A stretch of DNA of 21,161 nucleotides from Trueperaceae bacterium (GCA_040905465.1 JBBDRK010000062.1:1-21161); one strand, 5' to 3'; shown: positions 1 through 7,803, counted from the first letter of the stretch. The notes: a model not told the origin generated them from the letters alone. Numbers and translations are program-made.

Positions 1-145
1 GCCGACACCAATGGCGCCGACACCAAGAGCGCCGCCAGCGAGGCCGGCGCCAGCAAGAGCGGCGCCGAAAAGAGCGCTGCCAAGAGGAGTGCGGCCAAGA
101 AGAGCGCCGGCAAGAAGGGCAGCGCCAAGAAGGGCAGCGCCAGCA
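1..145 (+). repeat. Degenerate 15-nt (pentapeptide) tandem repeat inside the coding tail
   Basis: CAAGAAGGGCAGCGC occurs exactly at 111-125 and 126-140. GCCGACACCAA occurs at 1-11 and 16-26. Peptide units SAAKR/SAAKK/SAGKK/GSAKK/GSASK. Confidence 0.75.
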
Positions 146-201
146 AAGACGAACCGGCGGACAGCGCAACTGAAGAGAGCGGCACCGAGGAGCAGTCCTG
201 A
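1..201 (+). CDS. rplO: 3' end of a gene entering the window, probably 50S ribosomal protein L15 with a Lys/Ala/Ser-rich low-complexity C-terminal tail (partial)
   Basis: Frame 1 is open from base 1 (ADTNGADTKSAASEAGASKSGAEKSAAKRSAAKKSAGKKGSAKKGSASKDEPADSATEESGTEEQS*). Its TGA at 199-201 overlaps the secY ATG (TGATG). Identity as rplO rests only on the usual rplO-secY order; no L15 core is visible. Confidence 0.6.
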   Translation, partial: ADTNGADTKSAASEAGASKSGAEKSAAKRSAAKKSAGKKGSAKKGSASKDEPADSATEESGTEEQS

Positions 202-1520
202 TGCTTGCCGCCTTTCGCAACGCCCTGGTCATCCCCGACCTGCGTGCGAAGCTGCTGATCACCATCGGATTGCTGGCGGTCTACCGGCTCATGGTGTTCA
301 TCCCCACCCCGGGGATCGACATCAACCGGTTGCAGGCGGGCAATTTCGGGCAGGGCGACATCTTTACCTTGCTGAACTTCATCTCGGGCGGCAACTTCGA
401 GACCTTCTCGATCGCCGCCCTCGGGGTGATTCCCTACATCACCGCCAGCATCATCATCCAGCTCCTCACCTCCACCTACAAGCCGTTGGAGGATCTCGCC
501 AAGCAGGGCGAGGAGGGGCGCAAGAAGATCACGCAATACACCCGCTACGGAGCGATTGGCCTGGGCGCCATTCAGTCGCTCTTCCTGGCGATAGCGCTGT
601 TGGGCCCGTCCGGCGTCCTGAAGATCGGCTGGAGCAACGGCCCGTTCTTCTGGTTCGTCGTCCTGGTCACTCAGGTAGCGGGCATCAGCATCGTGATGTG
701 GCTGGGTGAGAAGATCAGTGAATACGGCATCGGCAACGGCATTTCGCTCATCATCTACGCGGGCATCGTGGCCGCCTACCCGAACGCGCTCGGCCAGCAG
801 TTCGCGCTGATCCAGCGTGGTGAGGGTAATATCTTCGGCCTGCTGTTCTTCTTCCTGCTGCTCATCGTGGCCCTGGGCGGAATGGTCCTGATCCAGCAAG
901 CGGAGCGGCGCATCCCGGTGCAGTACGCCCGCAAGGTCGTCGGGCGCAAGGTTATGGGCGGTCAGAGCACCTACATTCCGCTGCGCCTCAACGCCGCCGG
1001 CGTGATCCCGATCATCTTCGCGGTTTCGATCCTGATCCTGCCCACCACGGTCATCGGCGCATTTCCCGAGCTGCGGTGGTTGCAGGCGATCGGCGTCTGG
1101 TTCAATACCGCTCAGTGGCAGGGTCTGCTTACCAGCACCCTCCTGATCATGGCGTTCACCTACTTCTACACCCAGATCTCCTTCGATCCTCGGCGGATCT
1201 CCGAGAATCTTCGGGAATACGGCGGATTCGTTCCCGGCGTTCGGCCGGGGCAGCCGACGACCGACCACCTGACCCGCATTACCAGTCGAATCACCCTCTG
1301 GGGCGCACTGTTCCTCGGCGCCGTGAACGCTCTGCCGCAGACTCTGGCCTGGATCACAGGAACCGGCCAGTTGTCGTTCGTGTTCTCCGGCATCGGCCTG
1401 TTGATCGTGGTCGGAGTGGCGCTCGACACGCTTCGTCAGCTCGAATCGCAGCTGATGATGCGGCACTACGAGGGCTTCGTCAACAAGGGTCGGATTCGCG
1501 GTCGCGGAAGGCGCTTCTAG
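201..1520 (+). CDS. secY: Preprotein translocase subunit SecY
   Basis: 439 aa, multiple TM segments, motifs FSIAALGVIPYITASIIIQLL, GEEGRKKITQYTRY, WLGEKISEYGIGNGISLII, YIPLRLNAAGVIPIIFA, GGFVPGVRPG. SD GAGGAG at 187-192. Confidence 0.99.
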   Translation: MLAAFRNALVIPDLRAKLLITIGLLAVYRLMVFIPTPGIDINRLQAGNFGQGDIFTLLNFISGGNFETFSIAALGVIPYITASIIIQLLTSTYKPLEDLAKQGEEGRKKITQYTRYGAIGLGAIQSLFLAIALLGPSGVLKIGWSNGPFFWFVVLVTQVAGISIVMWLGEKISEYGIGNGISLIIYAGIVAAYPNALGQQFALIQRGEGNIFGLLFFFLLLIVALGGMVLIQQAERRIPVQYARKVVGRKVMGGQSTYIPLRLNAAGVIPIIFAVSILILPTTVIGAFPELRWLQAIGVWFNTAQWQGLLTSTLLIMAFTYFYTQISFDPRRISENLREYGGFVPGVRPGQPTTDHLTRITSRITLWGALFLGAVNALPQTLAWITGTGQLSFVFSGIGLLIVVGVALDTLRQLESQLMMRHYEGFVNKGRIRGRGRRF

Positions 1521-2098
1521 TGACGCCAGCGCCTGCGTCCGAGGTTCTGCTGCTCATGGGCCCTCCGGGTGCCGGCAAGGGGACCCAGGCCAACCGCCTG
1601 GCAAGCGGCAGAGGGCTGGTAAAGCTCTCCACCGGCGACATGTTGCGCGAGCACGTGAAGCGCGGCACCGAGTTGGGCATTCGGGCAAAGGGAATCATGG
1701 AAGCGGGCGATCTGGTTCCCGACGAACTGATCATCGCCATGGTCCGGCGCGAGCTCGAGGGTCAACAGACCGTACGGGTGCTGCTGGACGGTTTTCCGCG
1801 CACCCCTGGTCAGGCAGCCGCCCTCGACGCCCTGCTGGCCGAACACGACACGTCTGTCACGGCAGTCGTTGCCCTCGAGGTCGACTCCGAGGAACTCGTT
1901 CGCAGGCTCCTGCGGCGCTCTCGCGACGAAGGCCGCTTCGACGACAACGAAGCGACCATCCGCAAGCGCATGGAGGTATACCGAAACGAAACGCAGCCGC
2001 TGCTTGACTATTACCGCGGGCAGGGGAAGCTGGTGACGGTAGATGGCATGGGGGAGATGGACGACGTGACCGAACGGGTTGTCGGGGTGCTGCCTTGA
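1520..2098 (+). CDS. adk: Adenylate kinase (short-LID type)
   Basis: P-loop GPPGAGKGTQA, LSTGDMLR, GDLVPD, LLDGFPRT, short LID GRFDDNE. A GTG at 1520 overlapping the secY stop is the likely start, not 1076. Confidence 0.97.
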   Translation: MTPAPASEVLLLMGPPGAGKGTQANRLASGRGLVKLSTGDMLREHVKRGTELGIRAKGIMEAGDLVPDELIIAMVRRELEGQQTVRVLLDGFPRTPGQAAALDALLAEHDTSVTAVVALEVDSEELVRRLLRRSRDEGRFDDNEATIRKRMEVYRNETQPLLDYYRGQGKLVTVDGMGEMDDVTERVVGVLP

Positions 2099-2907
2099 TC
2101 CTCAAGCGGCCCGCCGAAATCGACCGCATGGCAGAGGCAGCGGTGATCAACCGCTTGGCACTCGAGGCTGTCGAGAAGGTCATAGCTCCCGGCGTGTCAA
2201 CCGCGGAGTTGAATGAGGTAGCCGAAGATGCTATCCTCGCGCGTGGTGGAAAGCCCGCCTTCAAGGGCTACCGCGGCTTTCCGGCCACGCTCTGCACTTC
2301 GGTCAACGACATAGTGGTACACGGAATTCCGGATCGCCGTCCGCTGACCGAGGGCGATATCGTCTCCATCGATATCGGTACTTTCTTCGGAGGCTACGCC
2401 GCTGACATGGCCAAGACTTATGCCGTGGGGCGGATTTCGGAGGAAGCGCAGAGGCTGCTCGACGCTACCGAACGCTCGCTCTATGCGGGAATCGAGGCGG
2501 CGCAGGCAGGAAACAGGCTTGGCGACGTCTCCGCGGCAATTCAGGACGCTGTCGAAGCCGAAGGATTCTGGGTGGTTCGGGAGTTCGTGGGTCACGGCAT
2601 CGGTCGAGAATTCCACGAAGGCCCGGAGTTGCCCAACTACGGTCGCGCAGGCACCGGGCCCGTTCTACGCCCCGGCCTCGTGCTGGCGATGGAGCCGATG
2701 GTGACGGAGAACCGCACCAAGGTTCGCATCCTCGACGACGGCTGGACCGCGCCCACCGCGGACGGGAGCCTTGCCGCGCACTTCGAGCACACCGTGGCCG
2801 TCACCAACGACGGTCCACGAGTATTGACCGCAAGCGATACGCGGCAACTCGCCGAGGCGCCAGCTGCCTCCGAGAACGCCGACACAGGAGGCACGCATGG
2901 CGCGTAG
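2095..2907 (+). CDS. map: Methionine aminopeptidase type I
   Basis: [60 protein letters not shown] start overlaps the adk stop (TTGA). Confidence 0.98.
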   Translation: MILKRPAEIDRMAEAAVINRLALEAVEKVIAPGVSTAELNEVAEDAILARGGKPAFKGYRGFPATLCTSVNDIVVHGIPDRRPLTEGDIVSIDIGTFFGGYAADMAKTYAVGRISEEAQRLLDATERSLYAGIEAAQAGNRLGDVSAAIQDAVEAEGFWVVREFVGHGIGREFHEGPELPNYGRAGTGPVLRPGLVLAMEPMVTENRTKVRILDDGWTAPTADGSLAAHFEHTVAVTNDGPRVLTASDTRQLAEAPAASENADTGGTHGA

Positions 2908-3163
2908 GAGATCATCGGGTCCGCCACGAGGGCGAACTCGTTCGGACGAAACCACGCAGGACACCATCCGCACCGAGGGGGTTGTCCTCGAAGCTCGACC
3001 GAACACGACGTTCCTCGTCCAGCTCGACGCTGGCCCCGAGATCCTGGCCCATGTGGGAGGCAAGATGCGGCGGCATTACATCCGGATTCTTCCGGGCGAC
3101 CGCGTCGTAATCGAGATCAGCACCTACGATCCTGAAAAGGGTCGGATCGTGTACCGAAAGTAG
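2897..3163 (+). CDS. infA: Translation initiation factor IF-1
   Basis: [54 protein letters not shown] at 2886-2891. Confidence 0.98.
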   Translation: MARRRSSGPPRGRTRSDETTQDTIRTEGVVLEARPNTTFLVQLDAGPEILAHVGGKMRRHYIRILPGDRVVIEISTYDPEKGRIVYRK

Positions 3164-3172
3164 GAGCCGAGG

Positions 3173-3289
3173 ATGAAAGTACGGGCATCCGTAAAACAGA
3201 TGTGTGACAAGTGCAAGATAGTTCGGCGGCACGGCAAGGTGTATGTGATCTGCCCCGTGAACCCGAAGCACAAGCAAAGGCAGGGCTGA
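3173..3289 (+). CDS. rpmJ: 50S ribosomal protein L36 (Zn-ribbon form); absent from the ORF track
   Basis: Manual translation [38 protein letters not shown] with CxxC...C...H. Lies between infA and rpsM. Confidence 0.98.
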   Translation: MKVRASVKQMCDKCKIVRRHGKVYVICPVNPKHKQRQG

Positions 3290-3291
3290 TT

Positions 3292-3672
3292 ATGGCGCGA
3301 ATTGCAGGAGTTGACCTTCCGAGAGAGAAGCGGGTCGAGCACGCATTGCCTTATATCTACGGCATCGGGCTCACGCGCTCTCGTGTGATCCTGACAAAGG
3401 CCGAGGTCGATCCGGATACCCGGGTGAAGGACCTGGCCGAACCGGAGATTGCGCGGCTTCGCGGGATCGTGGAGAGCGAGTTCAAGGTGGAGGGCGACCT
3501 TCGTCGCGAGATCCAGCTCAACATCAAGCGGCTCATGGACATCGGTTGCTACCGGGGGCTTCGCCACCGTCGCGGCCTGCCGGTTCACGGCCAGTCGACC
3601 AAAACAAACGCTCGGACTCGCAAGGGGCCCCGGCGTACCGTCGCAGGTAAGAAGAGGGCGCCCAAGAAGTAG
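3292..3672 (+). CDS. rpsM: 30S ribosomal protein S13
   Basis: [51 protein letters not shown]. True start is the ATG at 3292, not 3211. Confidence 0.99.
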   Translation: MARIAGVDLPREKRVEHALPYIYGIGLTRSRVILTKAEVDPDTRVKDLAEPEIARLRGIVESEFKVEGDLRREIQLNIKRLMDIGCYRGLRHRRGLPVHGQSTKTNARTRKGPRRTVAGKKRAPKK

Positions 3673-3689
3673 GCGGAGGTAGATAGACA

Positions 3690-4079
3690 ATGGCCAAACC
3701 GAGTCCGAAAACCAAGAAGCGCGTCAAACGCAGCCTGGCCGAAGGCAAAGCCTTCATCCATGCGTCGTACAACAACACCATCGTCACCATCACCGACCCG
3801 GATGGAAACACCGTCGCCTGGTCGAGCTCCGGGTCGATCGGCTACAAGGGATCCAAGAAGGGCACGCCCTATGCGGCTCAGCTCGCCGCCGCCGACGCCA
3901 CCCGCAAGGCTCAGAACATGGGCCTGAGCCAACTGGACATCGTCATTCGTGGAACCGGTTCCGGCCGCGAACAGGCGATCCGTTCGATTCAGGCCACCGG
4001 CGTGAACGTGCGGTCGATCATCGACGACACCCCGACTCCGCACAACGGCTGCCGTGCCCGCAAGCGGAAGCGCATGTAG
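3690..4079 (+). CDS. rpsK: 30S ribosomal protein S11
   Basis: IHASYNNTIVTITD, KGSKKGTPYAAQLAA, GTGSGRE, DDTPTPHNGCR. GGAGGT SD upstream. Confidence 0.99.
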   Translation: MAKPSPKTKKRVKRSLAEGKAFIHASYNNTIVTITDPDGNTVAWSSSGSIGYKGSKKGTPYAAQLAAADATRKAQNMGLSQLDIVIRGTGSGREQAIRSIQATGVNVRSIIDDTPTPHNGCRARKRKRM

Positions 4080-4144
4080 ATGCAGGTTGCGGGGTTGCCC
4101 GAAGGGCGAGCCCGCCCATCTGGGATGGTGACCTCAAGGCATCT
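4078..4144 (+). promoter_or_regulatory. Predicted three-way-junction RNA structure in the rpsK-rpsD spacer (candidate cis-regulatory leader)
   Basis: AGATGC 4078-83/GCATCT 4139-44. AGGTT 4084-88/GACCT 4130-34. Hairpin GCGGG-G-TTGCCC-GAA-GGGCGA-G-CCCGC 4089-4115. Hairpin CCATC-TGG-GATGG 4116-28. Confidence 0.5.
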
Positions 4145-4191
4145 CCGTCACATCTCAGTTCAGTCACGTCAAGCGAGGAATTAGGAGAAAA

Positions 4192-4809
4192 ATGGGCCGA
4201 TACAGAGGACCGATAGTCAAGATATGCAGGCGCGAGGGTGTGAACCTGGTGGAGACACCCAAGGCGCAGCGATACATGGAGCGCCACCCGTACCCTCCGG
4301 GTCAGCACGGCCAGCGCCGCCGCCGGCGGATAAGCGACTACGGTGTGCGTCTGCGCGAGAAGCAGAAGCTCCGCTTCTTCTACAACATGAGCGAGAAGCA
4401 GTTCGCCAACCTGTTCGATGAGGCCACCAAGACCGAGGGAGCCACAGGAGCGGTATTCCTGCAGTTGCTCGAGTCTAGGCTCGACAACGTGGTGTTCCGC
4501 CTCGGCATCGCCAATACCCGCCGGCAGGCGAGGCAGTTCGTTGCCCACGGTCATATCCTTGTCAACGGCAAGCGGGTCGACATACCGTCCTACCGGGTGA
4601 GCCCGGGCGACGAGATCGAAGTGGCGCCCAAGGCCCGGTCGTTTGATCTCATCAAGGGCAATATCGAGGAGCGCAAGCGCGGCAAGACCTTGCCGTGGCT
4701 GGAGTTCGACGCAGAGAAGCTCAAGGGGCGGTTCAAGAATCGCCCGGCGAGAGAGGACATCGTCGTTCCCGTCAACGAGCTCCAGGTCATCGAGTACTAC
4801 TCGAGGTAG
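4192..4809 (+). CDS. rpsD: 30S ribosomal protein S4
   Basis: [77 protein letters not shown] upstream. Confidence 0.99.
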   Translation: MGRYRGPIVKICRREGVNLVETPKAQRYMERHPYPPGQHGQRRRRRISDYGVRLREKQKLRFFYNMSEKQFANLFDEATKTEGATGAVFLQLLESRLDNVVFRLGIANTRRQARQFVAHGHILVNGKRVDIPSYRVSPGDEIEVAPKARSFDLIKGNIEERKRGKTLPWLEFDAEKLKGRFKNRPAREDIVVPVNELQVIEYYSR

Positions 4810-4871
4810 TCCCTCCAGGGCGAGACCGAAGTGTCCGCCCGGACCGGAACCTCGATATTTTGGAGCGACTG

Positions 4872-4916
4872 ATGCATATGAACGAAGCGCGACAGCGGAT
4901 TGGCGGGTGCAGCTGA
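4872..4916 (+). CDS. Putative 14-aa upstream mini-ORF (MHMNEARQRIGGCS) ending 2 nt before rpoA
   Basis: GGAG at 4862-65, 6 nt before ATG 4872. TGA at 4914-16. rpoA ATG at 4919 has no clear SD of its own. Confidence 0.3.
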   Translation: MHMNEARQRIGGCS

Positions 4917-4918
4917 CG

Positions 4919-5863
4919 ATGCAGATAATTCCTGAATTCAAGGCCAAGACCACGGACAAGTACGGCGAATTCGTCGTGGAGCCGTTGGCGAGGGGCTACG
5001 GCGTGACGCTGGGTAATCCGCTACGGCGGATCCTGCTCTCCTCGGTACCGGGGACGGCCGTTACCAGCGTCTACATCGAGGACGTCCTTCACGAGTTCTC
5101 CACCATCGAAGGGGTCAAAGAGGATGTCATGCAGATCATCCTCAACCTCAAGGAGTTGGTGGTCAAGCTTCATGACGACGATCCGATCACCCTGACGTTG
5201 CGGGCGGAAAAGGCCGGCACCGTCACCGCCGCCGACTTCGACGTGCCCGCGAACGTGGACGTCGTCAATCCGGAACTACCGATCGCCACCCTCAGCAGAG
5301 GCGCCCGGCTGGTGATGGAAGTGCGCGTGGAGCCCGGAGTGGGTTACGTGCCCGCCGAAATCCATGGCACCAAGGATCGCATCAACTCGATTCCGGTCGA
5401 CGCGGTGTTCACCCCCATCAGGCGTGTCGCCTACCGGGTGGAGGATACCCGGGTAGGTCAGAAGACCGACCTCGACCGGCTGGTGTTGCGAGTGTGGACC
5501 GACGGCTCGGTCGAACCGCGCGTGGCCCTCGACCACGCGGTCGAGATACTGCGTGGACAGCTGACAGTGTTCTCGGGTGAGTCGCTGGCCGACACGGAGG
5601 AGAAGGTCCCGGTCATGACAATTCCGAGTCGTGAGCCCGAGGATACCGGCGCCGTCGCCGATCAGGTGCAGCAGTTGGGCCTCGAGAGCCTCGAGCTCTC
5701 CTCGCGGGTCCTACACTCGCTGCAAGAGGAAGGCATAGACTCCGTCAATGCCCTGTTGGCGCTCTCCGAACGCGACCTGAAGAAGGTCGGCGGCGTGGGC
5801 GAAAAGTCCCTCGAAGAGATCAAGGAACGGCTGGCCGCCCGCGGCCTCGCCCTCAAGGAGTAA
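4919..5863 (+). CDS. rpoA: DNA-directed RNA polymerase subunit alpha
   Basis: YGEFVVEPLARGYGVTLGNPLRRILLSSVPGTAVTSVYIEDVLHEFSTI, GVGYVPAE, IPVDAVFTPIRRV, WTDGSV, CTD LSSRVLHSLQEEGI (Thermus/Deinococcus-like). Start ATG 4919; GTG 4907 is an alternative. Confidence 0.99.
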   Translation: MQIIPEFKAKTTDKYGEFVVEPLARGYGVTLGNPLRRILLSSVPGTAVTSVYIEDVLHEFSTIEGVKEDVMQIILNLKELVVKLHDDDPITLTLRAEKAGTVTAADFDVPANVDVVNPELPIATLSRGARLVMEVRVEPGVGYVPAEIHGTKDRINSIPVDAVFTPIRRVAYRVEDTRVGQKTDLDRLVLRVWTDGSVEPRVALDHAVEILRGQLTVFSGESLADTEEKVPVMTIPSREPEDTGAVADQVQQLGLESLELSSRVLHSLQEEGIDSVNALLALSERDLKKVGGVGEKSLEEIKERLAARGLALKE

Positions 5864-5866
5864 ACG

Positions 5867-6232
5867 ATGAGGCACATGTCCCGCGGCCGCAAGCTGAACA
5901 GGAACAGCAGCCACCGTATCGCCCTGGCCCGCAACCAGGCTACGGCTCTGCTGCGCCACGGCCGAATCAAGACCACGCTCACCAAGGCCAAGAACCTGCA
6001 GCCGTTCGTCGAGAAGCTCATCACCACGGCTCGCGGCGGCGACCTTCATGCCCGTCGGCTGGTGGCCCGCGATATCCAGGACCGGGAGGTCGTCAGCAAG
6101 CTGATGAAGGAGATCGCTCCGGCGTTCGCCGAGCGTCCCGGCGGCTACACCCGCATCTACAACCTGGGAACTCGGCGTGGAGACGCCACTCAGGAAGCCC
6201 TGATCGAACTGGTGACCAACCCGGAGGCGTAG
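5867..6232 (+). CDS. rplQ: 50S ribosomal protein L17
   Basis: [46 protein letters not shown] at the end of rpoA. Confidence 0.99.
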   Translation: MRHMSRGRKLNRNSSHRIALARNQATALLRHGRIKTTLTKAKNLQPFVEKLITTARGGDLHARRLVARDIQDREVVSKLMKEIAPAFAERPGGYTRIYNLGTRRGDATQEALIELVTNPEA

Positions 6233-6255
6233 ACGCCTCGCGCGCGGTTCTTGAC

Positions 6256-6296
6256 GGCGCCCCGGCTGTTCCCACGGCCGGGGCGCCTTCGTTTAT
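6256..6296 (+). terminator. Intrinsic terminator of the spc/alpha operon
   Basis: 14-bp stem GGCGCCCCGGCTGT (6256-69), loop TCCC, ACGGCCGGGGCGCC (6274-87, one G-U), followed by TTCGTTTAT. Confidence 0.85.
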
Positions 6297-6300
6297 CCAA

Positions 6301-6330
6301 CGGCTGCCGGTCGGGTTCGGCCGGCGGCCG
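6301..6330. repeat. Second GC-rich inverted repeat between convergent rplQ and deoB
   Basis: CGGCTGCCGGTCG-GGTT-CGGCCGGCGGCCG: 13 bp with two G-U pairs on the + strand RNA. Confidence 0.55.
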
Positions 6331-6338
6331 CCCTTGCG

Positions 6339-7505
6339 CTAGCGGGCACTACGGAGAGTGTCGGCGAAACTCTCGCCCACTCCATCCCACGGCACGCCGA
6401 GCAGTTCGGCGACCGTGGCCCCCAGGTCTGCAAACGACTCGCGAGTACCGAGGTCGGCGGGCGACACTGCGGGGCCGCAGGCGAGCAACAGCCCATGTTC
6501 GCGCGTGTGGTCGGTGCCCGGCCAGCTCGGGTCGTTTCCGTGATCGCTGACGAGTATCAGGACATCGTCGTCGCGGAGCGCCGACAACAAGTCGGGCAGC
6601 CGCTCGTCGAACTGCTTCAGCGCCCGCGAGTATCCCTGTGGGTCCCTGCGATGGCCGAAAAGCGAGTCGAACTCGACGAGGTTGCAGAACACCAGCCCGT
6701 CCGGCCCTGCCCTCATCGCCTCGAGCGTCTTGTCGATGCCGTCGCTGTTGTCTGCGCTCTTGATCTCGCAGCCGATGCCTCGGCGATCAAAGATCTCGGC
6801 AATCTTGCCTACCGCCGTCACCTCGCGACCGGCCGCTAGCAGTGCGTCGAGAACGGTGGGTCGTGGCGGGGCGAGCGAGAAGTCGCGACGCTTGGCGCCG
6901 AGCCGTTCGAACGCTCCCGGCCTTCCCTGGAACGGTCGGGCGATGACCCGGGCGACCGCGTGCTCGCCCTGAAGAATCAGCCGAGCGCCTTCACACCACC
7001 GGTACAGCAGATCGAGCGGGACCGCGTCCACGTGAGAGGCCACCTGAAAGACGCTGTCGGCGCTGGTGTAAACGATAGGACTGCCCGTCTGAAGGTGTTT
7101 CTCGCCCAGGTCGGCGATTATCTCGGTTCCCGACGCCGGACGGTTGCCCAGGTGGGAGCGGCCGGTGAGTGCGTCGAAGGCGGCCATCACCTCGTCAGGG
7201 AAGCGCTCATAGGTGCGGAAGGGCTGATCGAGAACAAGCCCCATGAACTCCCAGTGTCCGGTGGTCGTGTCCTTTCCCTGTGAGCGCTCCCGCATCCGGC
7301 CGAAGGCCCCGGTAGGCCGCGAGGTTGTCGAGACCGAGTGCACGCCGGCGATATTTCCCAGCCCGAGCAGCTGCAGGTTCGGCAGCGCTACCGGTGCCGC
7401 CTCCAGGGTGTGGTCGAGGGTGTGCGAGCCGGCGTCGCCGAAGCGTTCCGCGTCGGGCAGGGCGCCGACCCCTACCGAGTCGAGGACGACGATGGTTACG
7501 GTCAT
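6339..7505 (-). CDS. deoB: Phosphopentomutase
   Basis: [78 protein letters not shown]. Confidence 0.98.
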   Translation of the reverse strand: MTVTIVVLDSVGVGALPDAERFGDAGSHTLDHTLEAAPVALPNLQLLGLGNIAGVHSVSTTSRPTGAFGRMRERSQGKDTTTGHWEFMGLVLDQPFRTYERFPDEVMAAFDALTGRSHLGNRPASGTEIIADLGEKHLQTGSPIVYTSADSVFQVASHVDAVPLDLLYRWCEGARLILQGEHAVARVIARPFQGRPGAFERLGAKRRDFSLAPPRPTVLDALLAAGREVTAVGKIAEIFDRRGIGCEIKSADNSDGIDKTLEAMRAGPDGLVFCNLVEFDSLFGHRRDPQGYSRALKQFDERLPDLLSALRDDDVLILVSDHGNDPSWPGTDHTREHGLLLACGPAVSPADLGTRESFADLGATVAELLGVPWDGVGESFADTLRSAR

Positions 7506-7510
7506 GATCG

Positions 7511-7516
7511 AGTATA
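7511..7516 (-). promoter_or_regulatory. -10 box (TATACT) of a probably leaderless deoB transcript
   Basis: Minus strand reads TATACT-cgatc-ATG, with no SD. Confidence 0.65.
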
Positions 7517-7557
7517 GCCACGTATCGTCCCGGCCGAAGCCCGGGGTTCGACGACGT

Positions 7558-7572
7558 CAGACCAGACCAGAC
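7558..7572 (+). repeat. (CAGAC)3 tandem repeat
   Basis: CAGAC at 7558, 7563 and 7568, immediately before the PIN-domain remnant. Confidence 0.8.
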
Positions 7573-7574
7573 CT

Positions 7575-7715
7575 GATCAAGTAGAGCGGCTTCCGCACCA
7601 CCACCGGGACGCGTTCGATCGACTGCTCGTCGCTCAGGCGCGGCTGGAGTCGCTCACGCTGGTTACCCACGACGTGCGGATGCTGGAGTACGACGTTGCG
7701 GTCTTGAGCGCCTGA
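7575..7715 (+). pseudogene. C-terminal remnant of a PIN-domain (VapC-like) toxin gene
   Basis: Translation DQVERLPHHHRDAFDRLLVAQARLESLTLVTHDVRMLEYDVAVLSA* matches the VapC C-terminal pattern LPxHHRDPFDRxLxAQAxxExxxLxTxD. Upstream in frame there is a TAG at 7515-17, and no ATG/GTG/TTG lies between it and the motif. Confidence 0.85.
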
Positions 7716-7790
7716 GCTTCCGTCGCGCCGGTGCCCGCCGGGTCCGGTCCGCGCTACCGGTACGATTCCGGCCGTGCGGGCGCCGCCCGT

Positions 7791-7796
7791 CATAAT
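7791..7796 (+). promoter_or_regulatory. Candidate -10 box (CATAAT) for tilS-tadA
   Basis: CATAAT, 7 nt, GTG 7804. An alternative TACGAT (7761-66) lies 7 nt before the in-frame GTG at 7774. Confidence 0.45.
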
Positions 7797-7803
7797 GGAG
7801 GGC

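Noticed and set aside
1..145. Possible CRISPR-like or non-coding repeat array
   Set aside because: The period is 15 nt with no unique spacers, and it preserves a reading frame, so it is a coding repeat.
11..709. 232-aa Pro/Arg/Ala-rich ORF
   Set aside because: Off-frame reading of the repeat tail and secY. Frame 1 ends in the coupled TGATG junction and is the plausible coding frame.
1076..1519. N-terminal extension of adk in the ORF track
   Set aside because: Lies inside secY in another frame. Adk homology starts only after the GTG at 1520.
3211..3291. N-terminal extension of rpsM
   Set aside because: Overlaps rpmJ. S13 begins with the canonical MARIAG at 3292.
4080..4191. Possible tRNA or intrinsic terminator in the rpsK-rpsD spacer
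   Set aside because: No T-loop GTTCRA, anticodon arm or CCA end, and no U-tract after either hairpin.
4643..4906. Long N-terminal extension of rpoA
   Set aside because: Overlaps rpsD and shows no RpoA similarity; an open frame expected in GC-rich DNA.
7729..7785. 10-bp inverted repeat CGGTGCCCGC/GCGGGCGCCG upstream of tilS (a similar GGGCGGC/GCCGCCC occurs at 10394-10411)
   Set aside because: Almost entirely G/C in very GC-rich DNA; cannot be told from chance by eye.
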